IMG/VR virus record: IMGVR_UViG_3300006120_000477
Location: 1-52,863 of that record
Origin: a virus
Taxonomy: Duplodnaviria > Caudoviricetes
Direction: 5' to 3' (one strand)
DNA length: 52,863 bases
How positions within the stretch are numbered: the stretch's first letter is position 1; each line of letters starts with the position of its first letter. The position numbers were made by a program, and so were the translations under genes. Shown one piece after another: positions 17,667 to 25,948 of this stretch. The notes beneath the pieces were generated by a model. It was not told the DNA's origin, did not search any database, and saw only the letters and a list, made by a program, of their open reading frames with translations.

Positions 17667-17742
17667 GGCTCTCCATCCTCGTACCGCCCGAGGCAAATAG
17701 CGGTGTAACAGACCGCCGCGTTCGCTTGCTCGCCCATGGAGA
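17667..17742 (-). tRNA. Aberrant tRNA-Asn-like RNA (GTT) with non-canonical D and T loops
   Basis: TCTCCAT/ATGGAGA acceptor, G73, GCGGT-CTGTTAC-ACCGC, T arm CCTCG-GGCGGTA-CGAGG. Confidence 0.65.
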
Positions 17743-17760
17743 ATAACTCTTTATGTGCAT

Positions 17761-17788
17761 AGTATATCACAATACAAACTAAAGTCAA
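17761..17788 (-). promoter_or_regulatory. Sigma70-like promoter upstream of the tRNA-Asn-like gene
   Basis: TTGACT-N16-TATACT. Confidence 0.6.
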
Positions 17789-17805
17789 CCATAAAATTCA
17801 AGATA

Positions 17806-17872
17806 TATAAATAAAGCGTGACTCGCGAGGAACCAACTCCAGTCACTCTAACGCTAAAAAGGAGCATCAGCA
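17806..17872 (+). promoter_or_regulatory. Late promoter plus conserved structured leader, copy C
   Basis: TATAAATA-AAGC-GTGACT-CGC-GAG-loop-CTC-C-AGTCAC-TCTAA-CGCT..AGGAGC-ATCAGC. Confidence 0.8.
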
Positions 17873-18502
17873 ATGACTATTTATATCTGCAAGTATTGCA
17901 AAAAAGTTTGCAAAAATCCAAACTCATTAAGAAATCACGAAAGATTATGTAAACTGAATCCTAATAGACAGTTTACCCCCTTCAGCGACCCAGAATTTCA
18001 AAAACTCATACCCAGAGGCCAAAATCAATACACCAAAGCCAAAGAACTTGGTATAGAATACGAAATTAAACAATCCACGAGAGATAAACTTTCTCTATCT
18101 ATAAAAAATCGTACGGATGAGTTTAACAAAGCGGTTGGTCGAAAAATATCAAAGGCCATCAATACAAAGGTAAAAGAAGGCACTTGGCACACTTCATTAG
18201 CTAAAAATATGCATATAGATTATAATGGTGTGGATTTACATGGTTCTTGGGAATTGGCATATGCAAAACATCTAGATACAAATAATATAGATTGGAAAAG
18301 GAACACTGAACATTTTCCGTACTTTTTTGAAGGAAAGTGGAGAAGTTATACGCCAGACTTTTATTTGATAGAAACTTTCGAATACATCGAAATAAAAGGA
18401 TATAAAACACAGAAAGACGTAGCAAAGTGGACTCAATTTCCAAAAGATAAAAAATTAATAACTATTATGAAAGACGACATGAAAAAGATGTCTTTAATAT
18501 AA
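17873..18502 (+). CDS. Free-standing PD-(D/E)XK putative homing endonuclease with N-terminal zinc finger
   Basis: CKYC..LRNHERLC; HGSWELAYAKHLD...YTPDFYL...EIKG. Confidence 0.75.
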   Translation: MTIYICKYCKKVCKNPNSLRNHERLCKLNPNRQFTPFSDPEFQKLIPRGQNQYTKAKELGIEYEIKQSTRDKLSLSIKNRTDEFNKAVGRKISKAINTKVKEGTWHTSLAKNMHIDYNGVDLHGSWELAYAKHLDTNNIDWKRNTEHFPYFFEGKWRSYTPDFYLIETFEYIEIKGYKTQKDVAKWTQFPKDKKLITIMKDDMKKMSLI

Positions 18503-18505
18503 ATG

Positions 18506-18826
18506 TCAACTACTATAATCACCTTTTATATATTTATTTGCTCTATCAATCACCCACTGATCAAATGGCAAATGCATACCAGTTGAACCGGACCAATCTC
18601 GAAAAGCATCATCATAGAAACCAATATCAGATTTTCGTTTCTGAAGTTCTACTAATTCATCTGCCCATTGTTGCCATTTATCATCACTGATTATAGTATC
18701 ATCTATAACATAATATAGATATGAATGCAACAACATTTGTATTCTTCGTTGACGAATTTTTTCAGACACTGTCTGAACAGAATTTACCTTTGGGTCATCG
18801 TCATCATCGAAGAATGCATCAAGCAT
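18506..18826 (-). CDS. Stand-alone protein resembling subdomain Ia of NAD-dependent DNA ligase
   Basis: HSYLYYVIDDTIISDDKW (cf. YY..D.P.ISD.EYD); no adenylation lysine motif. Confidence 0.55.
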   Translation of the reverse strand: MLDAFFDDDDDPKVNSVQTVSEKIRQRRIQMLLHSYLYYVIDDTIISDDKWQQWADELVELQKRKSDIGFYDDAFRDWSGSTGMHLPFDQWVIDRANKYIKGDYSS

Positions 18827-19086
18827 TAATTTCGCCGATCTGTATTTTTAAACTCATTCCAATCTTTTTCTGCTCGATCCCGACACATCTCATAAATTTC
18901 ATCTTCTTCATCTTGAGTAAGTTCAAAATCAGCATCATCACAATATACACCGATCAATTCAACTTCACCGCCTTCAGCAGGCTGATAATATGTCTCTGGA
19001 ACAATTGCATTACAAGCATATTCAACTTCAACCAGAAACACTTCTTCATCTCGAATGATTTCTGTATCAAATGTAAACGTTGCCAT
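18826..19086 (-). CDS. Acidic hypothetical protein
   Basis: AGGAG SD; YYQPAEGGEVE. Confidence 0.6.
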   Translation of the reverse strand: MATFTFDTEIIRDEEVFLVEVEYACNAIVPETYYQPAEGGEVELIGVYCDDADFELTQDEEDEIYEMCRDRAEKDWNEFKNTDRRN

Positions 19087-19139
19087 AAAATCTCCTATTG
19101 GTTTCGATGGAGACAATATAAGATGATTCGCAGATGATG

Positions 19140-19595
19140 TCAATATATATTTTTGAGTGCCTCGCGTAAATCTAATGCTTCATCTGGCTTGCACCAATTT
19201 GTATAAATTTTTGATCTAATATTTCCATTAATCCATTGATCTGGATTTTCTAAAGCACCAACCAAATATAACGCCAATTCTTCCGTATACACCAAAGATC
19301 CTTTAGAAGTCACAAAGGTTAAAATTTCTCTGGCGAAATCATCAGTTCCATGTTCTTTAACAAATTCAATAATAACCGGAGAAGATGAATAATAAGTCAT
19401 CCAATCAGAAGATACCATTGTTTTCTTCTTTTTTTTATTCACGGTTGTATATTTTGGCTTCTGCAAAAGTTTACGCCCGATATATTTTTTTCCTGTAGAT
19501 TTTTGAACAAGAAGATATATGAAACCTATATACTTTTTGTCCTTAGGCAAATCGTCTTCAGAGTTTATCGGTTCACCCCTGTAATACCAAGTCAC
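19140..19595 (-). CDS. denA: GIY-YIG nuclease, T4 endonuclease II-like
   Basis: GFIYL...KKYIGRK...DWMTYYSSS...FAREIL; located near nrdB as in T4. Confidence 0.65.
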   Translation of the reverse strand: MTWYYRGEPINSEDDLPKDKKYIGFIYLLVQKSTGKKYIGRKLLQKPKYTTVNKKKKKTMVSSDWMTYYSSSPVIIEFVKEHGTDDFAREILTFVTSKGSLVYTEELALYLVGALENPDQWINGNIRSKIYTNWCKPDEALDLREALKNIY

Positions 19596-19738
19596 TCTTC
19601 TTCGTCCAAATCCTCATCAAAAAGATCCAGAGGAGAAGAACAAAATGGACAATATTCTGGTCCATTATGATTTGATGATAGAACGCTAAACTCTTCTTCG
19701 CAATCTTGACATGTTATCCAGTCTGATCTTGTTGGCAT
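19592..19738 (-). CDS. Small zinc-ribbon protein with acidic tail (48 aa)
   Basis: Manual ORF ...CQDC...YCPFC...DEDLDEEE. Confidence 0.65.
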   Translation of the reverse strand: MPTRSDWITCQDCEEEFSVLSSNHNGPEYCPFCSSPLDLFDEDLDEEE

Positions 19739-20130
19739 ATTTTTACTCCACATTTTTCTAGAAAGTCAATACCACTGGTATCGCGATATTTATCTTTGTA
19801 GAAAACAGTAGAGATTCCTGCTTGATGTATAGCCTTGGCACAATCAATACAAGGAGAAAGTGTGATGAACATCGTGGCGTCAGATGAGGATTCGGTAGAT
19901 TGACACAACTTCATCAAAGCATTCATCTCAGAGTGCAATACTTCTGGTTTGGTCAGACCATGTTCATCTTCACAACAGTTATCAAATCCCTTTGGAGTTC
20001 CGTTGTATCCAAAAGATAGAATGCGACCATCTTTGACGATCACACAACCAACTTGTTTCCTTTTGGCATAGGAAAGAGTGGCTGTTTCTTCAGCCACTCT
20101 CATGAAATAATCGATGAACTTTTTTTTCAA
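19714..20130 (-). CDS. cd: dCMP deaminase
   Basis: GYNGTP, HSEMNA, LSPCIDC. Confidence 0.9.
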   Translation of the reverse strand: MKKKFIDYFMRVAEETATLSYAKRKQVGCVIVKDGRILSFGYNGTPKGFDNCCEDEHGLTKPEVLHSEMNALMKLCQSTESSSDATMFITLSPCIDCAKAIHQAGISTVFYKDKYRDTSGIDFLEKCGVKICQQDQTG

Positions 20131-20255
20131 GGACGACCTTGCCCCCGATAAGGTTTGAAGCTCCTCTTTTTGCTCTTATTCATAGATGCCATCTTCGGAT
20201 TACGAATGCTCTGTGAAGTCTTCTTAGTAGTAGTAATTGCATTCTTTAGTGCCAT
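20127..20255 (-). CDS. Small basic protein (42 aa) ending in YRGQGR
   Basis: Manual ORF, AAGGAG SD. Confidence 0.6.
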   Translation of the reverse strand: MALKNAITTTKKTSQSIRNPKMASMNKSKKRSFKPYRGQGRP

Positions 20256-20267
20256 AATAAAATCTCC

Positions 20268-20675
20268 TTAAAGTTTAAATCCAGTAAAAGTGTTTTCAGT
20301 GACATCTTGATTTACACCGCCAATAACATAGGAAACTAGCTCCGATTCTTGTGGTGCGATTTGGACTTCAGATCCGGCAATCCATTTAGTAGTCCATGGC
20401 AATGGATTTGGACCCGGCTTACCATTTAATCCAATAGTTCCCATACGCTTTGCTGCAATATGATCAATATATTCGCAGAGTAGTTGCTCATTTAGACCGA
20501 TCATCGATCCATCCTTGAAAAGGTAATGTGCCCACGCCTTTTCTTGTTCGACCACCTCATAAAACATCTTGATGCATTCATCCCTTGTCTCTTCCTGTAT
20601 CTTAGCAAAGTCTGCATCTTCTTTTGGAAGAATCTTCAGGAGGTTTTGAGTCGCGGCAAGATGCAAATTTTCGTC
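20268..20675 (-). CDS. nrdB: Ribonucleotide reductase beta subunit, 3' exon
   Basis: DENLH (iron ligands)...EKAWAHYLF...APQESE..SY. Confidence 0.9.
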   Translation of the reverse strand, partial: DENLHLAATQNLLKILPKEDADFAKIQEETRDECIKMFYEVVEQEKAWAHYLFKDGSMIGLNEQLLCEYIDHIAAKRMGTIGLNGKPGPNPLPWTTKWIAGSEVQIAPQESELVSYVIGGVNQDVTENTFTGFKL

Positions 20676-20876
20676 CGTTTTGTTCTAGAAAATTCGTTAT
20701 TCTTTCTACTGTTATTAACAGCTTTATGTTTCCATAAAGACCAGACTATATCATATCCCATAATTCATATCCTTAGACTTAGAAGTATGGAACCCCTACG
20801 TTTCGTTCATACTTATGAACTACTCTACTAAGTTCTATATTAAAAGTTTCCCAATAATATATCCGTTCGATAGTCG

Positions 20877-21611
20877 TTAGCGTCGTGTGTCGTATATTTT
20901 CCAAGCAATTTTCCAAGATTTTCTTAAATTAATCTGCACTATTGTATTTGATTTCATTGCATATTCGGTAGCGATGTCTTTTAGTAGTTTGTTTCCTCTA
21001 TTGACAATCGCATCTATTATTTCGAGTTGAGATTCTAGATTAATTTTTCCGCACATGCCGTTCGATTTGAAAGCGGGAATTTTAGAGATTGGGTGTTTTT
21101 CAAACAGATGCTTCCATCTTTTATTATATCTTATAGCAGATACTTGTCTATTATCAATTCCAGTAATTCTCTCTATTTCAGTATTACCACAACCTTCAAC
21201 AATCAAATCCATAACACGTATAATTTCATCTTCGGAATATATATTAGCCGAATTCAATGTTCCTTGATTTATTTTAGATAACTTTTCTAAAGTATGATTT
21301 GATGTATGAGTTGCCCCTCGTCCCCAACCTATTTTTAAATTGGTAAGAGTTCCGCCATCCTCTACTCTTTTATACTTCATAATAAGTTCATATTCAATAT
21401 CAAAAGCATCAGATTCCGTCAAACAATCTTTTACTATATTAATTGTTGCTTTGTGACCATCGCGTTCTATAGATTTACATTTTCTAGTAAAAAATTCATT
21501 TCTATGTTTTTCGTAAGTATTATAGACTCGCTTACCTTTACCTTTGCCAACATAAAACACTTCATCATTTCTTGGATCAACATATTCATATACGTAATAT
21601 ACACTTTTCAT
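20877..21611 (-). CDS. Intron-encoded GIY-YIG homing endonuclease
   Basis: YYVYEY...FYVGKG...R...E...LTN, C-terminal HTH-like repeats; own late promoter. Confidence 0.85.
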   Translation of the reverse strand: MKSVYYVYEYVDPRNDEVFYVGKGKGKRVYNTYEKHRNEFFTRKCKSIERDGHKATINIVKDCLTESDAFDIEYELIMKYKRVEDGGTLTNLKIGWGRGATHTSNHTLEKLSKINQGTLNSANIYSEDEIIRVMDLIVEGCGNTEIERITGIDNRQVSAIRYNKRWKHLFEKHPISKIPAFKSNGMCGKINLESQLEIIDAIVNRGNKLLKDIATEYAMKSNTIVQINLRKSWKIAWKIYDTRR

Positions 21612-21633
21612 AGTTCGCTCCTATTTCGCACAC

Positions 21634-21641
21634 TATTTATA
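21634..21641 (-). promoter_or_regulatory. Late promoter for the intron endonuclease
   Basis: TATAAATA followed by hairpin ATAGT..CG/CG..ACTATG around AGGAG. Confidence 0.75.
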
Positions 21642-21742
21642 AAATGTATATTCTCTACACGGCGTCGGGATTGTCTTCTTCAAGATGTCCCCCGATTTAT
21701 AGGGTTTTCAACATCATATTACTATGATGTGCCGCCAAATTA

Positions 21743-21916
21743 ACGGGCAATTAGTTTGATAATCTTTGCGTTGCCTTCCATTTTTTTGAGTTCGGCAAAG
21801 TTCCATGAACACGCAAAACTACAGTAAAAGCGAATCCCTTCCAATGCATTAACTGCATTCAGAGTTAGCCACAATCTCTTTTTGTGCTCATATTTTGATA
21901 ATTTTGTTTTCATCAT
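21743..21916 (-). CDS. nrdB: Ribonucleotide reductase beta subunit, middle piece (first exon of second fragment)
   Basis: [58 protein letters not shown]; absent from the ORF track. Confidence 0.88.
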
Positions 21917-22467
21917 TACTCCTTTTCTTCTTGGTTAATCTCAATTTCTGCATCATAACCATGTGCATTCACTAAATTTGTATATTCGATCAAATCATCA
22001 TAATACTTGCTGATGCTACCAGCACAATCTACGATTTCTGGGATGTCAAGCATCTCATCAAAGATCTTGGAAGGGTCAGGATAAACGTTGCGAATGATAT
22101 GAGTGTAAGAACGGGAATGAATCGTCTCGAAAAATGCCCAAGTCTGGATGAAGGTTTCCAATTCAGGAAGCGAACAAATTGGGAGAAAAGCCAAAGATGG
22201 AGCGCGACCCTGTACCGAATCCAATAGAATCTGGCGCTTGAGATTACTGGTGAAAATGTGCTTTTCATGATCTGTTAGCCCTTTAAAATCTTTACTATCA
22301 CGAGACAAGTCAATTTCTTCCGGACGCCAGTAGAAACCAAGATGTTGATCAATTAGCTTCTCAAAAATTGGATATCGTTGCTTTTCGTATCGTGCAATAT
22401 TAACTGGCTCTCCAAAAAAACAAGTTTCCTTTGTAGCATCAATTTTATTAATATCAAAAACGCTCAT
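21916..22467 (-). CDS. nrdB: Ribonucleotide reductase beta subunit, N-terminal fragment
   Basis: [24 protein letters not shown]; ends TAA overlapping the next ATG. Confidence 0.9.
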   Translation of the reverse strand: MSVFDINKIDATKETCFFGEPVNIARYEKQRYPIFEKLIDQHLGFYWRPEEIDLSRDSKDFKGLTDHEKHIFTSNLKRQILLDSVQGRAPSLAFLPICSLPELETFIQTWAFFETIHSRSYTHIIRNVYPDPSKIFDEMLDIPEIVDCAGSISKYYDDLIEYTNLVNAHGYDAEIEINQEEKE

Positions 22468-22646
22468 TCTTTATTAATCCATTCAATTTGATTTAGTGGA
22501 ACTGTTCTATTTTCAATTATACCAAAAGAATCTTTAAGTGTCAAGTCAATTGCTGTGCTATTTTCTCTAGTCTTATATTCAACAACAAACCAGAGTTTTC
22601 CAGCATCATCCCAATTATCACAATTAATTCTTATATAACTCTCCAT
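22464..22646 (-). CDS. Hypothetical protein
   Basis: 60 aa, ATGA coupling to nrdB. Confidence 0.6.
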   Translation of the reverse strand: MESYIRINCDNWDDAGKLWFVVEYKTRENSTAIDLTLKDSFGIIENRTVPLNQIEWINKE

Positions 22647-22648
22647 AA

Positions 22649-24304
22649 TTATTTCCTAAAAATATAAAGGATATGTCCACAATCCCATGTCCTAACATAA
22701 CCAGAATCGATCATATTTTCATATTCCGTCTTGTTTGCATCAAAATTATGAATGATGTTTTTCAACCTATGCTTCATTGTCTGATATCTAGATAGAGTTC
22801 GATTGCCCCTATGATAACAATAAGACTGTGGGGTAATACTCAATTCATCAAATCCACATAAAGTATATATGTTCTTTTTACGAGAAGTATATCGCCTATC
22901 AGCAAATGAATAAATGTTTTGGCATGACATTTTAGATATACATTTCTGTAGCGCACCAACAAGTTTAACATTTGTGCAATATCGGATCAATTCCAATCCA
23001 TCTCTAAATTTTCCAAACGTTGCAACTCCAACCAAAACTCCATTATTATAAAAACCATATCGAATAGATCCAATTCGTTTTGAATCTTGGATATGATTAT
23101 TATTAAGAAATTGTCTGGCAACACTATTAGAAATTTGATGTAATTCTAAATATTTAGCATAAATTACATCATTTTCCTTGCACAACATCGAACGAATTTT
23201 ATTTAGAACTTTATCTTTATTTTCTAAATATACGTTTTCTTGTATAGTGACAAGATGTATACCCAAATTCTCGCATTTATTAAGTTTGTCTATTACATGT
23301 TCTTTTGGCCGCAAACTATCACAATGCCAATATGTTCCATTATATTCTATAGCAAGATTCATAGATGGAATATAAATATCCAATTCTCCATCTATAACGT
23401 TTCTGGTATTATTTTCAAAATCAAACCCCAATGATTTCACAAAATCCCCAATCTCAATTTCTCCCTTAGAACGAAAGGTTGGTTTCCATCTTTTGTTTTG
23501 CGGAAGATTTGGGTCTAATTCTAAATTATGTAAAATTTTATTAAAATGAGATTGACTATACCCAATCTCATCACACAGTTTATACGATGGCATACCAGAA
23601 GAATAATTATCTACAATATATTCTGCTTGCTCTCTCCAACCTTTATAGTTTGCGTTTATATTATTTTTCTTGAAAGATTCTGATTGAGTAAAATGTTCTA
23701 CTCCATATCTTTCTAAACAGGTTGCCTTAGTTTTGTCATTATACTCTTCAGTTTTATTATAATGATCAACTCCATATCTTTCTAAACAAGTATATTTGGC
23801 TCTATCTCTTATAATTGGCGATTTAAATGCATTATCCACTCCATATATTTCTAGACAAGTGGATTTAACCTCATCTTTAAATTGTTCACTACTAAAGTTT
23901 TTCACATATCCATATCGTTCAACCATAGTAGTTTCTCTTTTACGATTTAATTCATCCTTTTTGTCTATCCACATACATCCAGAACAGGTTTCTGGATAAC
24001 GTCTTTTTGATATAGAATATGATAAGGGTTTTTCACAATATTTACAGTTTGGGTGCTCTGTCGCTCCAATTTCAAATAAATGTAATCGTTCATTCAGTGA
24101 ATAATCTCCAAAATTGATCTTGGAATGAATATAATCGAATAGCCAATTATATTCATTCCATTGTGTTATATCATTAGCAGACTTTCTAATTCTACCCTTT
24201 TCATTACTAATGATTGACCGCAGAATTTTAACCATCATTACAGTATCAAAATCAACAATATTGGTTTCATTTAGAGGATATAAAGGAGAAAAATCAAATC
24301 TCAT
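22649..24304 (-). CDS. Large Hef/Vsr-like putative homing endonuclease with TCLERYGV repeats and GNAT-like C-terminus
   Basis: Four T(C/M)xE(R/I)YGV-type repeats; SKGE..ELDIYIP..AIEYNGTYWH; FLNNNHIQ..ELIRYC..SFADRR..WDCG. Confidence 0.7.
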   Translation of the reverse strand: MRFDFSPLYPLNETNIVDFDTVMMVKILRSIISNEKGRIRKSANDITQWNEYNWLFDYIHSKINFGDYSLNERLHLFEIGATEHPNCKYCEKPLSYSISKRRYPETCSGCMWIDKKDELNRKRETTMVERYGYVKNFSSEQFKDEVKSTCLEIYGVDNAFKSPIIRDRAKYTCLERYGVDHYNKTEEYNDKTKATCLERYGVEHFTQSESFKKNNINANYKGWREQAEYIVDNYSSGMPSYKLCDEIGYSQSHFNKILHNLELDPNLPQNKRWKPTFRSKGEIEIGDFVKSLGFDFENNTRNVIDGELDIYIPSMNLAIEYNGTYWHCDSLRPKEHVIDKLNKCENLGIHLVTIQENVYLENKDKVLNKIRSMLCKENDVIYAKYLELHQISNSVARQFLNNNHIQDSKRIGSIRYGFYNNGVLVGVATFGKFRDGLELIRYCTNVKLVGALQKCISKMSCQNIYSFADRRYTSRKKNIYTLCGFDELSITPQSYCYHRGNRTLSRYQTMKHRLKNIIHNFDANKTEYENMIDSGYVRTWDCGHILYIFRK

Positions 24305-25317
24305 ATTTTACACGAATCGCAATCATTTTCGTCAATTCCATCAGAACTTAATTGTACATCAAGATTGATTTCTCCAGCACCATCATTGGTATTGAGATAA
24401 TATCCGCATTTTCCACCAAAACGATAATGCATTAACATATCACCCAATAGAACCGACATGGGAATCTTATTATCTGGATAGTGGGCTGGATTATAAGAGA
24501 AATTAACCGAAATTGCCTGATCAATAAACTTCTGAAGCACAGCACAAATCTTTAGATAACCCTCTGGTGACTTTTGATCCCATAGAAGTTCATACTTGTT
24601 CTTATACTTAGCAATACCGGGAACGACCTGCTTCAGAGTTCCGTCCTTTGATTGTTTTACTGACACCAATGCTCTTGGTGGTTCAATGCCATTCGTCGAG
24701 TTGGAAATCTGAGCGGACGTTTCAGCAGGCATTAGAGCCATCAGAGTTGAATTGCGAATACCATAAAGAAAAGCATCCCCACGAAGAGTATCCCAATCCA
24801 TTTTATAATCTGGATTTGGTATAAGTTCGTCAACTTCTCTCTTATATGTATCAATAGGCATTACGCCCTCGCCATATCTAGTTTCGGTATGTTTAGGACA
24901 AGGACCGACACCAGATTCCTTTGCTAAATCTACAGAAGCCTTGATAAGGTAATAAGACCATGCCTCAGCATATTCGTGAACCAATTCAAGATTCGGATCG
25001 GAATAGTTACTGCCATTGCGAGAAAGCCAATAAGCCAAGTTGATAATACCGACACCCAGAGGGCGACGATTAAGAGTAGACATACGAGCGGCGTTGACAG
25101 GGTAAGACTGATAATCAAGAAGCGCATCCAAAGCTCTGACTGCAAGTGTGCAGGGTTTCTCGAAGTCGCTTGGCTTCTTGATCTTGCCCCAGTTGATGGC
25201 CGACAAAGTACACAACGACACCTCTGATTTACTATCAGATTCAAAAACTTCTGTAACATAGACATGATCCTTATCCGATACATCAATTTCATCTACTATT
25301 TCATATTTAAAGTTCAT
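24301..25317 (-). CDS. nrdA: Ribonucleotide reductase alpha subunit, C-terminal fragment (NrdA-b)
   Basis: SLCTLSAIN, RRPLGVG, LMPAETS, DQAIS, GYY, C-terminal CDSC. Confidence 0.92.
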   Translation of the reverse strand: MNFKYEIVDEIDVSDKDHVYVTEVFESDSKSEVSLCTLSAINWGKIKKPSDFEKPCTLAVRALDALLDYQSYPVNAARMSTLNRRPLGVGIINLAYWLSRNGSNYSDPNLELVHEYAEAWSYYLIKASVDLAKESGVGPCPKHTETRYGEGVMPIDTYKREVDELIPNPDYKMDWDTLRGDAFLYGIRNSTLMALMPAETSAQISNSTNGIEPPRALVSVKQSKDGTLKQVVPGIAKYKNKYELLWDQKSPEGYLKICAVLQKFIDQAISVNFSYNPAHYPDNKIPMSVLLGDMLMHYRFGGKCGYYLNTNDGAGEINLDVQLSSDGIDENDCDSCKI

Positions 25318-25918
25318 TTTGTTTCCTTAAATGCTTTGCAAGATTACCCAAATCCCATTCGCGCCGACAACATAAACAACAAGCCTTTTTGCCAGAATTA
25401 AGATATGAAAATCCATGAGGTTTCTTTTTAAAATTATATTTACCTCTCTTAACTCCTCGTCTAGTTTCAGCAGATTTTTTACCTACTTCTTTACTTTTTT
25501 CCGTGCTACCTAATTTTAATCCTTTATTCCAGGCTTTTTGACCCATATGACCTAAAGAATTGTTGATTCTGTGTTCCGTCGATTGCGGACCTATCTTTCT
25601 ACCTTTAGTTTTTATACTCATGGCGACATAATCTCTAAAAGCAGACGTATCTCCACCACTTCCATTTTCTTCAATAAAATTGGCCCAGTTAGGAGAATTA
25701 ACCACATCCCATAATTTGGAATAGTATAACCCTTGTTCTTTTATTTGTAATATATCATCAGATTGAAATAGAATCTCTGTTTGAATATCTTTACCATATT
25801 TGTTCAGTTCTCTTTTCCATCTCTTTCCTGAACCCAAGTATTTGAATGGATCTTGCTCTGTCTTACCAAGATATTTTAGCCCTGTAACTTTATGCGTTTT
25901 AACATATAGTGTAATCAT
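25307..25918 (-). CDS. Free-standing GIY-YIG (Seg-like) endonuclease splitting nrdA
   Basis: LYVKTH..TGLKYLGKT..YLGSG; NUMOD3-like KAWNKG; C-terminal CxxC..H. Confidence 0.8.
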   Translation of the reverse strand: MITLYVKTHKVTGLKYLGKTEQDPFKYLGSGKRWKRELNKYGKDIQTEILFQSDDILQIKEQGLYYSKLWDVVNSPNWANFIEENGSGGDTSAFRDYVAMSIKTKGRKIGPQSTEHRINNSLGHMGQKAWNKGLKLGSTEKSKEVGKKSAETRRGVKRGKYNFKKKPHGFSYLNSGKKACCLCCRREWDLGNLAKHLRKQNEL

Positions 25919-25946
25919 AGTAGTGTTCTCCTCACTACTATTTATA
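25915..25946 (-). promoter_or_regulatory. Late promoter and SD-sequestering hairpin for the nrdA-splitting endonuclease
   Basis: TATAAATA 25939-25946; ATAGTAGTG-AGGAGAA-CACTACTAT(G). Confidence 0.8.
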
Positions 25947-25948
25947 CT

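Larger units (their letters stand above)
20676..21742 (-). mobile_element. Group I intron in nrdB (1067 nt) carrying an endonuclease ORF
   Basis: Exons rejoin as IAR/DENLH; 5' exon ends in U with CCGU/GCGG P1; terminal G; P AAATCGGGG, Q AATCCCGA, P7 GACTA/TAGTC. Confidence 0.9.

Noticed and set aside
21900-21930. Stop-codon reassignment or readthrough explaining the nrdB break
   Set aside because: The continuation is in another frame, three stops follow in frame, no suppressor tRNA is seen, and all three stop codons end normal genes.
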